A stretch of DNA of 39,198 bases from Barthelona sp. PAP020. Its lineage: Eukaryota. Of this stretch, positions 1-10,900 are shown one piece after another. Position 1 is the first letter of the stretch. Each line of letters begins with the position of its first letter. The notes below the pieces were generated by a model. The model had not been told where the DNA came from, made no database searches, and saw nothing but the letters and a program-made list of their open reading frames with translations. Where the stretch lies: assembly GCA_040182905.1 (NCBI GenBank), contig JARQWU010000069.1, positions 1 to 39,198 of the forward strand, written 5' to 3'. A program made the position numbers and the translations under genes.

Positions 1-3000
1 ACAAACTGCACAAGGTAAAGGTTCAACTTGTTCAAATGATACATATATTGTTATTTTGCTGTAAATATTGTTGATAAAATTCAATTGATATTGAGGAGCT
101 AAGAATAAAGTATGTTGATGTGTGAAATAACCAATATTACAACGATTATCCCATATTCCTGTAATAGAAGACTCAAAGAATTCAGTTCTATCAACTATAA
201 AGGAAACTGTTTTAAAAACTGTCAGAAATTCTTTTAATGTTAACCAAATATTTTCATTTTGGTCCATAGAATCGTGAATATTTTGATTGATCTGACCAGG
301 GAGAGTATTATAAACAATACCAGCAAAGTTTTCAATTTTTTTTAGATTTAATGGGGAAATATTGATTATTTGATAATTAGCATTTTTAAAGAATATTTCT
401 GAAGTTGAATTTACTAAAAAATATTGATCATTTGCTAGGTTTAAAGATTCTTTTTCATTTGAGAAATTTTTATGGGTTCTGCAGATAGCAATAATATCTC
501 TATTTGCCAGATTCCTCCGTAACTTATTCCACAACTCATCAATCAATAAATTATTCTGATGTAACCTTGCATTTGAATGAATTTTGATTCTTTCAATACT
601 AAACCCACACATAGCAAAAATAAAATCTTCCAATGAAATATCTTTCAAAATATCATAATTACCATAAAACTTAGCAAAAGCTTTTTCAATCAAATGATAA
701 CCAACACTGTGCATACCATGCAAATCATAAAATATTGGAATTAAATGATCTAATATGATCAAATGTTCCCCTTTCAATGTATAAAACCTAACTAAACACA
801 TTTGTCTGTCAAATAAATATCGAACAAAACAATTTTTCAAAATATCTTCTTTATTCAACATCATAAAGCAGTTGATTAATAACTGTAAATTATTTGAATA
901 AAAAATTTCTGATTTTTTTGAAAACAAAGGAAAATTTAATGATTTCCACTCAACTTCACTGTTAAGTGTAGCTTTGGCAGGTAAAAACATATTATCAACA
1001 AAATTTTTTTCATTCAATTCCAAATGTTTTAAAATTTTGAAAAATTTCTTGGCAGCTAAAAATTCAATCTCTGTTAAGATGCACTTTTTATGACGTACAT
1101 TTGAAGAGATATCAGTTTCCATGAATAAAAGTTCTTGTACAGTTTCATAACATTGTACTTTGAATTCAAAAGCTTCTTTCATGAAATCTGTCAAAAAAGA
1201 TATCATCTTTTCAAATTTTCTCATCATAGCTTTATTTTCGGAAATATTTGATTGTTTATGAGTTTCTTTTGAATTTTTAATTTTCATTGTCTGTTCATCA
1301 CTGATCTTTCCCGTGAAATTTGATGCAATGCTTAATAAACTTTTTGTATTTATTTCATCAGTTTCTGAAATATTAGAAAGACTGAAATAATTACCTAAAT
1401 CATGAGACAAATTATCAACAACAACATTTACAATCAATGAAGAATTAGAATTTCCAAAGGATGAACTCATTGGTGGTTTTAAGAAATCTGCTTGATTTTC
1501 TTCTAATTGTTGCTTAAATTGGTTATATTCTGTTAAAAATGTTCGAATCTTACTCTCTAACAAACGATTCAACTTGAAATAATCATTTCTGGCAAACAAA
1601 AAATCATCATTGGTCAGTAAACATAAATTATCCTCAATCTCATCAAAAATCTTCCCAATTTCTTCTATATACTCAAATAATTGTTGTTCAAGAGATAAAT
1701 CAGATATCTTTGTGGAAAACCTGTTCATAGAAGCAACAAAATTGTAACTGCTGACATTGGAAGTCAAATTGAAATTTATAAATTCTTGTATTGATTGAGC
1801 ATGAGTAATATCCGTTGATATTGGTACTTTTAAAGGATTATAAACATCTTGTAAGTTACCATATACAGATTTTGTTTGTTCCTTTATATTGGGTTGAAAA
1901 TTACTTTTCCCTGTCTGTTGTTGAGATGGACTGTTTTTAGTACTAGGACTGTTATTTGAGCCAACACTAAGACTAGGACTGGGACTAGGACTTGAACTAG
2001 GACTCGGCGTAGAACTAGGGATGGGACTAGGGATAGGACTGTCTTGTGCACTTAACAATATTGGACTATTTTGAGGAAAAAGTTCCGGGCTTTCAGGAGG
2101 ACTGGTCTCAACACTAGAAAGTGCGTTTAAATTATTAGTATTATTAAAGTTCGATTCTGTAGAAGATCCTTTTGAACTTTCTTTATCAATAAGCTCTTGA
2201 ACACTCAAAGTAGTATTTAATTGAGAATCTACATGCTCTAAATGAATAGAGATTAACTTTTCTCTCTCTTCATTGGATAATCGTTTATGAGCACTATCAC
2301 GATCTTTAATATTTTTTTCTTTTTCTTCTTTTTCTTTTTCACTTGTATCCACATTATTATTTATAGTTCCACTGCTAAGTTCTCCAAATAATGTCTCTTT
2401 CTCGATAAAATTTTGACTTTTAAACAACTCCATCGCAGCTCTTCCAAGACTTATATTACTTAAAGCATTGGTACTATTCAAATTACCTTTTGAATTAAAC
2501 AAGGTTAAATTTTCATCATTTCCATTTGCATTGATACTTTTATCCGATAATTTTCTTTTTATCATATACACTCGATCATCATAGTTACTTTGTTTAAGGG
2601 TTTGATAACCAAAAGGTTCAATAACTCCTTCTCTTATTAAAGATAAAGCTTTATTTCCCAATACATTAGTATGAGTATCTTTTGAATCACGATTATTCGA
2701 ATGACTTGAAGTACTTTGTTTTGAAATATCGGAAATATTGACTAAATATGCATTTAAAACATCAATACTTTCTTTATCGATTGAATTCATATCCAATTGA
2801 AGAATAGATTGTACTGTTAAACATAAATCCCAAAATGTTTCATATCTATTCTTTAGAGTTGCCAACAAAATTCTGAAAAAATATGATTCAGCAATGAATT
2901 GAGTTTTGCTAAACTGAACTTTTAATTGATGTAATTTCCAAAAAGCTTCATTCTTATCAATAACATTTGTTGAATGTAATTTTGGAAAAATATAAATTTT

Positions 3001-5916
3001 ATCATTATTTTTAAATGAACTTCGATCTAATTTACCAACATTTTCATTAATTTTATTTATATCAAAATCAAGTGCTTTATCAATAGTATCATAAACTTTA
3101 TCAAAATGTTCAATAACACCATTTGCATCTAAATAACCATTAACTTGTATTAATGCATTGATTATAGCATCTCTTTCAATTTTTACTGGATTAAACTGTT
3201 GTAAATAACATTCTTTGATAGAATCAAAAACTTCCCTTGATAAAAAGATCCTTAACTTCAATAATAAATCATTTCCAAGAAAATTAAAATTAACATAGAA
3301 CCATAACATCAATAATAAATTAAGAAATAACAATAAAGGTAATTTGGGACTTTTAGAAGCAAAAAATTCCAAACAAAAAACCAAATGTAGACAAAAAATT
3401 ACTTTCAGAATTAACAACGGTTTATTTGACCATTTCAAATTAGAATTGGTCGAATTATTAATGTTAGTAGATTCTTCATCTCTTACTTCAATATTATCTT
3501 TATGGTTATCAATCTTTGGGGTAGGATTTAAAGAATAGCAATCAACACGAAATATTAATGCATGAAAATTCATGTTATTGACAATACAGATATTCTTATC
3601 CCTTAAACTATGTCCAAGCAAAGGAATTTCATCATGTATCATTATTATAAAGATACAAATCCATACAATACAAAAAATGATAAAAGGTAAATCAATCATA
3701 ACAAAATGAATGATGAAACACACAATACAAATAATAAAAAGTAAAAAGGATAACAAATAATTAATTTTAATTCTGTTGGAAAGTTTTAAATTTTTATACT
3801 CATAAACTTTCTTCCAATAACTTGAAACAATATGTAATTGAAGTGCCACACCAAATAAAATAATTCCCAAAGAAATTTCAAAATCAAAATCAAATTTTAA
3901 TCGACCAATTACTCCTAAAACAACACACACAATGACAATTATAAATAAAGTGACATTTGAACTAAATCGGTAAAAAGCTGACATTGCATCACCTATGGTT
4001 TTAAAACGATATATATTACTGAGGATAGTCAATAAAATAAATATAAATATCAAAGGAAAAATTCCCAATGATTGCAAATTATGAAGACCATAGCGATTAA
4101 ATATTTCAAAAATTAACACAATGAAATATCCGAAAAAGATCATAAAAATTTGTGATTTTGTGTAATTTACATTGTTCGTTGTGGTTAATATGATAGGAAT
4201 ACCACAAAAAATTATGCAAACAATCATTTCAAATGGTAGAAATCTGCTATGCTGAACAATAATCAATGAAGATTCAATTGCAAAGCTATATGATATGTAT
4301 GCACCAACCAATAAAAGAAAACTAATTATTAAAGCTGACGTGGCACAATATATTGCAATTTTTTTTGGAAATTCTTTCTTGTATATTCTTTGTAAAGAAA
4401 AAACGCGAAAAATCATTATCAAATGGGCGCATGAAACAAAGACTAATGGTGCTAGCATAATATAAGTGAAATATCTTTCTTGTTTGGGGAAAAAATTAAT
4501 TTTGACGAAATAATTCATTGGTAAAATCAAAATTGAAATAACTACATAACATGTAATGCTTCGTACGGTCAATTTGTGAAAATAATTCGGTAATTTATTG
4601 TTTTTTATGCAAGAAATAAAATTCTTTACTGTTTTACTCTTAACAATATTATTTTCAGGTATTGCAGGTGAAAAAATGCAAAATCTCAGTATATCATTCA
4701 ACCAAAAGATGTTTAACTTCATAGTTATAGAAAACAACTTAAAAGCAATGATAATAAATAAAAGCATATAAGTTGTGGCAAAAAACTTAGCGTAAGGTAT
4801 GTCCCATAAAATAAGAGAAGACATCTCTAAAATATTGATCAATCCAGTTTCTCTTTTATCAGCAAAGATAACAACACAAATAAAGTTTATTACATTATAA
4901 ATGAATGTAATGAAAAAAATGCCAAATGTCGACTTAGGATCAAAAAATTTCCATTTAACAACTCTATTACCAAAATTAACAGTTTGTTCGTTACTGCTGA
5001 CAACATATCTCCATACTGCCTCATTTGCGCTTAATTTTTCCAACGTTCCATTCTTCCGTTCTAAAACAATCGACAATATGAACCAAGAGAATCCACAACT
5101 GATTCCAAACCCAATTTCAATCGAATAAACACTTACTAAAATCCCAAACATTCTACAAACAAAACATAAAAATAAAAAGAAAGGAAAATTACCCGTCAAA
5201 TAATGTGTAGGAAAAGTTAATAGATACAAATCCAGTAGGACAAAATATAAAGGGACAAATATGAGTTCACTCATTCCGAAACAAAGGTAAAAAATTAACA
5301 TTGAAAAAAATTGTCCAGCTACATATACACTGACATAAACTATTCGCTCTTTCTTTTTTCGCACATTTTCTTCATTATCAATATATTTGTGTTGACCCTT
5401 TTCATTGTTTTTCAAATATAAATTGAAAATTGATGTCTTTATGAACTCAATAAAGTGGTTTGAATACCATAAAGCAGAAAATGATCCAAACATCGATGGT
5501 AAAAATATTATTAACAATTGAAACGTTCCAGATAGAATAGGATGACCAGATAAAGAACCAATAAAAGCAACTTGTGAAAATAAAGAAAGTAAACTGAATG
5601 GGTAATTATTCTTGCCATTTCCAAATTGTAATAAATATATATATAATGGTATCATAAAAAAATACAATGAAATACCATTAATAATAGATACTTTAAATAT
5701 GTATGAAGATAAATAAATTGAAAAAAGCACAAAAATTATCGATAAAAATATAAAAGCTGAAAAGTAGTTTAAATTAATCAATGAGTGTTTCCAAGTTTTT
5801 AAATATGTATTGATATTTTCAGACATGTAAGAAAAGTAAATAGCCAATACAAACATTAAAATTTCGTAAATAGTTAATTGAATTGGATGATATTCATAAT
5901 TTTCAAACAATCCCAT
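1..5916 (-). CDS. Multi-pass transmembrane calpain-like protein (DEK1/TML-calpain architecture: TM domain, linker, CysPc, C2L/domain III); 3'-partial; probable pseudoprotease
   Basis: ATG at 5916-5914 (MGLFENYEYHPIQL...) with an in-frame TAA upstream at 5937-5935. Hand-translated segments are open, and the absence of this frame from the ORF track implies no stop before position 1. About 5916-3270 is hydrophobic. Calpain motifs in order: FVDNMFLP (~1005-980), VEWKS, GEHLIILDHLIP, LIEKAFAKFYGNYDIL (~693-646), DELWNKL, ENIWLTLKEFLTVF, then domain III GIWDNRCNIGYF..TLFLAPQYQL..IYVSFEQ. Confidence 0.88.
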   Translation of the reverse strand, partial: MGLFENYEYHPIQLTIYEILMFVLAIYFSYMSENINTYLKTWKHSLINLNYFSAFIFLSIIFVLFSIYLSSYIFKVSIINGISLYFFMIPLYIYLLQFGNGKNNYPFSLLSLFSQVAFIGSLSGHPILSGTFQLLIIFLPSMFGSFSALWYSNHFIEFIKTSIFNLYLKNNEKGQHKYIDNEENVRKKKERIVYVSVYVAGQFFSMLIFYLCFGMSELIFVPLYFVLLDLYLLTFPTHYLTGNFPFFLFLCFVCRMFGILVSVYSIEIGFGISCGFSWFILSIVLERKNGTLEKLSANEAVWRYVVSSNEQTVNFGNRVVKWKFFDPKSTFGIFFITFIYNVINFICVVIFADKRETGLINILEMSSLILWDIPYAKFFATTYMLLFIIIAFKLFSITMKLNIFWLNDILRFCIFSPAIPENNIVKSKTVKNFISCIKNNKLPNYFHKLTVRSITCYVVISILILPMNYFVKINFFPKQERYFTYIMLAPLVFVSCAHLIMIFRVFSLQRIYKKEFPKKIAIYCATSALIISFLLLVGAYISYSFAIESSLIIVQHSRFLPFEMIVCIIFCGIPIILTTTNNVNYTKSQIFMIFFGYFIVLIFEIFNRYGLHNLQSLGIFPLIFIFILLTILSNIYRFKTIGDAMSAFYRFSSNVTLFIIVIVCVVLGVIGRLKFDFDFEISLGIILFGVALQLHIVSSYWKKVYEYKNLKLSNRIKINYLLSFLLFIICIVCFIIHFVMIDLPFIIFCIVWICIFIIMIHDEIPLLGHSLRDKNICIVNNMNFHALIFRVDCYSLNPTPKIDNHKDNIEVRDEESTNINNSTNSNLKWSNKPLLILKVIFCLHLVFCLEFFASKSPKLPLLLFLNLLLMLWFYVNFNFLGNDLLLKLRIFLSREVFDSIKECYLQQFNPVKIERDAIINALIQVNGYLDANGVIEHFDKVYDTIDKALDFDINKINENVGKLDRSSFKNNDKIYIFPKLHSTNVIDKNEAFWKLHQLKVQFSKTQFIAESYFFRILLATLKNRYETFWDLCLTVQSILQLDMNSIDKESIDVLNAYLVNISDISKQSTSSHSNNRDSKDTHTNVLGNKALSLIREGVIEPFGYQTLKQSNYDDRVYMIKRKLSDKSINANGNDENLTLFNSKGNLNSTNALSNISLGRAAMELFKSQNFIEKETLFGELSSGTINNNVDTSEKEKEEKEKNIKDRDSAHKRLSNEEREKLISIHLEHVDSQLNTTLSVQELIDKESSKGSSTESNFNNTNNLNALSSVETSPPESPELFPQNSPILLSAQDSPIPSPIPSSTPSPSSSPSPSPSLSVGSNNSPSTKNSPSQQQTGKSNFQPNIKEQTKSVYGNLQDVYNPLKVPISTDITHAQSIQEFINFNLTSNVSSYNFVASMNRFSTKISDLSLEQQLFEYIEEIGKIFDEIEDNLCLLTNDDFLFARNDYFKLNRLLESKIRTFLTEYNQFKQQLEENQADFLKPPMSSSFGNSNSSLIVNVVVDNLSHDLGNYFSLSNISETDEINTKSLLSIASNFTGKISDEQTMKIKNSKETHKQSNISENKAMMRKFEKMISFLTDFMKEAFEFKVQCYETVQELLFMETDISSNVRHKKCILTEIEFLAAKKFFKILKHLELNEKNFVDNMFLPAKATLNSEVEWKSLNFPLFSKKSEIFYSNNLQLLINCFMMLNKEDILKNCFVRYLFDRQMCLVRFYTLKGEHLIILDHLIPIFYDLHGMHSVGYHLIEKAFAKFYGNYDILKDISLEDFIFAMCGFSIERIKIHSNARLHQNNLLIDELWNKLRRNLANRDIIAICRTHKNFSNEKESLNLANDQYFLVNSTSEIFFKNANYQIINISPLNLKKIENFAGIVYNTLPGQINQNIHDSMDQNENIWLTLKEFLTVFKTVSFIVDRTEFFESSITGIWDNRCNIGYFTHQHTLFLAPQYQLNFINNIYSKITIYVSFEQVEPLPCAVC
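1942..2040 (-). repeat. Low-complexity Ser/Pro coding repeat in the calpain linker
   Basis: Repeated (g)actaggact/gggact units on the + strand encode SPIPSPIPSSTPSPSSSPSPSPSLS on the minus strand. Confidence 0.8.
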
Positions 5917-6157
5917 GCAATATTGAGGGAAAAATTAAAAATAGGGGTGTTTCCCTTTTTTTTTTGTTTGGTTTCTTTCTTTCATTTTTGTTGGTGAATT
6001 TATTATCCTTTAATTTATTATTTGTTTTTTGATTTCAAAAACATAAATTTGTGTTGTTCATCTTTTTGTTTTTCAAAAGTTGGTAAAGTGATTATGATTG
6101 CTTCATTCTTCAATTATTTATTTTATTTTTTTCACCATCTTGTTTTAAATACAGTGC

Positions 6158-6209
6158 GTAAGCATTTTATTTCATTTTAAAGTTTAAAAAGAACATTTTT
6201 TTTTTTCAG
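6158..6209 (+). other. Possible second intron (52 nt) upstream of the EFHC coding start
   Basis: GTAAGC donor at 6158 and a poly-T tract followed by CAG ending at 6209; no clear ACTAAY branch point. Confidence 0.4.
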
Positions 6210-6220
6210 ATATCATTCAT

Positions 6221-7669
6221 ATGATTCCAGGCTTGATACCCTCGACTGAAGTTAAGGTAATACAAATGGTTAATTTTTGTTTTATTACTAATAATTAGAA
6301 GGAGAATTATTCGAAGAAACAAATTTTTACTTTTCATGGAAGTATGCCAGTTGTTAAGGATAACAGCAAAGTGAATGAAGTTATTCAAATTGACCCATTG
6401 TTGAAAGATGAAAAAACCGAAATTAAATTATGTTTTTCAGCTTATTTTTTGGAAAATGTTTATGAATCCCCTGACTGTAATGTATGTGTTCATCATTGTA
6501 TAATTAATTATTTTTTAAATGACGGAACTATTTCTATTCTCGAACCAAGAATTGAAAATTCTGGATTTACGCAAGGAATGTATTTAAAACGTTGTAAAGT
6601 TGAACGTCATAAAGCTGGTTCCAATGAAGGATTCATTAATTCCTCAGATTTAAGAGTTGGCCAAGTTGTTAGGATATTTGAACGTGAATTTTACATTTTT
6701 GCTGTTGACGAGTTTACTCGCAATGAAATGGAAAAAAGAGGTGTTGAATTGAAACCTAATGAAACACCATTGGAAGATGGCTATCTTGTTCATCGTCAAG
6801 CCCGTCGTTTAAATGAAACTCAAAAGACTCATAATACTGGAGATAGAAATAGTATTCCTTTACGTAAGTTTTTGGATCATTATAATAAAGTTTTAAGATT
6901 CTACTGTGTTTGGGACACTAGGGATGAGGCTTATGGTGATTTCCGTTTGTTTTCAGTTCATTATTTCTTAGAAGATGACACAGTTGAAATTTTAGAAAAA
7001 TTATCCCCATTTGGTGGTAGAATAGGCTCTAATCTTTTCTATCGTCGAAATAATCTTAATATTAATGATAGACCAGTTAATGAAGATGATTTTAAGGTTG
7101 GTGAAGAAGTTATTATTGGTGATAGACATTTCCTTGTGTATGACGCTGACCCTTTCACCAGAAAATATTTTTATGAAAAGGGAAAGCCTTTAGCTGAAGG
7201 TTTTACTGTTGAAGAACCTGAACTTAAGATTTCTGAACCCGAAATTCCTCCTTATACTGGCTTTGGATCAGAGGAAGATTCTTTAAGTTCTCTCAGATCT
7301 TTGATGCCAAAACCACCCAAGGTTGATTTGGTTAAATTCCTACAAAATGATGGTAAGGTTCTTCGTTTTAAAGCTAAAATGTTAAACGACTTTGAAAGTG
7401 ATCGCACTTTTATTCTTTCTTATTTCTTGGCTGATGACACCATGTCTATCTATGAGCCTCATGTCAGAAATTCAGGTATGGCTGCAGGTAAATTCTTAGA
7501 AAGAGGTAAAGTTAAAAAATTAGATGGAAATTATTTCCATCCTATTGATTTCAATGTTGGTGAACAGATTGACATTCATTCACATAGCTTTTTAATAATT
7601 GATGTTGATAATTTTGCTAAACATTGGTATAAAGAACAATTAGGTATTGAACTAAACTCTTCTTTGTAA
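6221..7669 (+). CDS. EFHC1: EFHC1/EFHC2/RIB72-family DM10-domain microtubule inner protein; join(6221..6256,6299..7669), ~468 aa, no C-terminal EF-hand
   Basis: Three DM10 repeats (LCFSAYF..YFLNDGTISILEP..NSGFTQG; VLRFYCVWD..YFLEDDTVEILE; VLRFKAKM..YFLADDTMSIYE..NSGMAAGKFLER) and the PPYTGFGSEEDSL linker. Splicing adds MIPGLIPSTEVK-KENYSKKQIFTFHGS, resembling the family N-terminus. EFHC1 versus EFHC2 orthology is not resolved. Confidence 0.92.
6257..6298 (+). other. 42-nt spliceosomal GT-AG intron
   Basis: AAG|GTAATA...TTTATTACTAATAATTAG|AAG. Branch-point-like ACTAAT sits next to the 3' AG. The intron ends in an in-frame TAG, and its removal joins ATG 6221 in frame to ATG 6344. Confidence 0.85.
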
Positions 7670-7971
7670 AGTTAATTATTTATTTTAGTAATGAATGTAA
7701 AATCTTTAAATTTTTTTTTTTTTTGATAATTGTTATGTTTATTTGATAAATTGATAAATTGTTGCCCAAAAGCTTAAAAAAAAATGAGAAATTAAAGAAA
7801 CAAAAGAAAATGAAACTAACTCGAAACAACCCCACAAAAAAAGAAAGTAGAACTATTTAAAATTTCATTAAACACTGTAATTTTTAATAGAATAAAGGAA
7901 ATTATCATTGAATATCCAATTTGAGTGAAATTTGATAAAAATGGAAAAATAAAAAATCAATTCTTTTTTTA

Positions 7972-10900
7972 ATGGATAATATTGCAGATGATTCAGATAA
8001 CGAGTTCATAGCAATAGATGAACCTCAACGAGATTTACCAGATATGAATTTTCAAACTGCAAATGATGATTATGATGGAATTTTTTTTGTAAATGAAACT
8101 GGTGAGAATTTTTCTGATGAATTATATGATAATAATAATGATAATAATGATATGGATCAGTTTATTGTTACAGAATCACCAGCTAAACCGGTTGTTGCCC
8201 AATCTTTTATGAATAGTCCTAAAATTTCTCAAAATTCTTCTGCTTTTGAAAATAAACTTGATAAAAAACTTGAAAATTCAAAAACCTTTGAAAATTCATC
8301 CAAAATGATTGAAAAACCGTTAAATGAAAATTTTATGATAGCCAATGCAGATTCATCTGCTGATGAGGCATTTGAAATTAATGATGACGAGGAAGAAGAG
8401 GAAGAAACTGATTATATGGACAACAAATTGTATTTGCCGGTCAAAGGAAAAGACTTGAAGGAATTTAATGTGGAAATTATGAATAATGAGTCAACAAGCT
8501 TTTCCTCGCCAATTCCAACCAAATTTTTAAGTGGTCGACTTTCCAACACTGCAGAAGCCAAAGGAACTTTGGCAGCCCCATCCAAGAAACGTGCCACTGA
8601 TGGTTTTATGGAATTAGCTCAACGAGTTCGTTTGGCTGAAGTTGAAATTGATGAAAAAAATGATGTATTTGATGCAGGTGCTAAACTTAAGTCTTTGGTT
8701 AATGTAAAGAAGATTTTAAACAAAAGTGATAAATTAGCTGATATCAATGAAAATATAGCAGATGCTTTTGATATTGAAAAGGCTCGTATGGCAATGAGAA
8801 ATGATGAATTGAGGGTTGAAAAGTTTAGAGAAGTATCAATCTGTTCAGTTGTTATTGAAGAACTCCATAGAAATGAACATGGTTGGGAATTTATTCAAAA
8901 AATGTATGATACTTTACAGCACGATTTAGATCGTTTAAAGGAAGTCATGCAAGAAGGAGATTTCGACATAGAACAAGATTTGTTACTCACCAATGAATCT
9001 AGAAGTTCTTCTAATTCGACTTGGGCTGAATGGTTTAAAAAATTGGGGATTTTATCGAATGAAAGTGTTCTACAAAAAGAAGCCAGTAGATTAGACATTA
9101 AACAGCAATTTGATGAATCACTTGAACAAATTCATCTCACCAAACCCGCCCATTTGTTTGATCACGTTAATCCAATCATAGTTGATCAGATTCATAATGC
9201 CGAGCAACAAACACCTGAGATTATTATGCGTCGAGCATCAAATACATTTAATGCTGATTATTTCCCTTCCCCAGAAGAGTTAGAAAGCGCATATATCAAG
9301 AAATTAGGAGTTACCGTTGGAAATGACATCACTCTCGTTTATAAATTATTGGCCACTGCGGAAGCTTATGAAAAGTTTGCTACACTTTTTCAAAAAGTTG
9401 CAGAAAAATCATTCAGCAGCTATTTGTTGACCGAATGTGTTGCCATTTGGTATGGTTTGCGAACCACACTTTATAAATTTGATTTTAATTTGGAACCACC
9501 ACCTTTATCTTTCTGTATGGATGATGATGCTTGGTTAAATCTGAAGAGTAAGGTTTTCTGTCATGTTGGCAACATGGTTAACATGCATAAAAGAAATAGC
9601 GTAATTAAGCAGTTAGGTGTTTATCAAGGAGTAAATTTTCATTTCTCTCTCTTAACTTCTTTATGTAGTAGCCAACAACTGTTTATTACTGAGTTATTGG
9701 AAAAAGAAGAAAGAGTATGGAACATGTTAATCAAAAGTGTTTTGGAAGCTTATGAGGAGGATATTCTGAGAATCGACGAATTAGATAGCTTGCATATTAA
9801 CTCAATGATTAGTAAGTTGGAGCCTTTATATTTATTGGCGCCAAGAGCTGATTATAGTTTACCCACATATTGTATGCTTGTTGATACTATTTCTTTATTA
9901 ACTAGTTCTTTGATCTATCGTAAGTATAAGGAAAATGTTAGTGTATTGGAGATGTTTGATGATGGATTGTTCTCGTTCATTTTTAAATTAAATAGTTCCA
10001 TTCAAGTGAACTCCAAACCAATCCTGTTGCTATCAAATACTCTTAACGATTTTCTTTCAATAGAACCAATGGACAATGAGAAATTTGTATCTCCTACGGT
10101 GAGAGATAAATATTTGGAAAAAAGAAGACTTAATTTCGACAGTTTATCTCCAGAGGTCAAGATATTTCAAGATCAAGTTATTATTAAAATTGAACAGATA
10201 TATACTTCATTATTGAACAATATCAGTCATGCAGAAACAATTGCAGATATGTCCCCAATGTTTGGTTTTGTGTGTAACAGTTTGTGTTTGCATCGTTTTG
10301 ATTTGGAACGTTATCAAGATGCATTTTCGTTTGCTCTACAAGCCATTTCGTTTTATTTGAATATATTGAAAGTGAGTAAGAATACACTCAAACTTTTAAT
10401 TGAGGATGAAAACAATGAACAAAGGATAACCATCAAAAGAGATATTGGTAAGATCAAGAATGAAGTTTTATCATTAATTAATTACATTGAGGAGGTAATT
10501 GAAGGGCCATGGCATGTTCTATTCCACTGTATGAGCATGATTCGGACAAATAATCAAGTTTTTGACTTTATTCGACTTGTTTTGAGTGGCATCAGAGATA
10601 ATGAGCATAATTCTTTACTTATTCAACAGATCAGTTCTTTGTATGATGATGATGAAGTGTTGAGTGAGTTTATTGGTGTTGTTCCATTGTTATGTTATTC
10701 ACAAACAATTGTTAAAGTTAGTAATCATCAATTCATGCAAATGCGAATGAAACATCCAATTCAACATATGACAGCCCAAATCAATTTGATTACTGAAGCC
10801 TTAGAATTATTCTATTACAAGGAGGATAGTGCTAAGTTCAAACAAGACCCATTTAAGAAGTTACCTTCATTACTTCGAGACATCAATAACATTCAGGTTG

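Noticed and set aside
3344..5128. Short + strand ORFs at 3344-3538 and 4901-5128
   Set aside because: They are antisense shadows inside the long minus-strand calpain frame and have no recognisable motifs.
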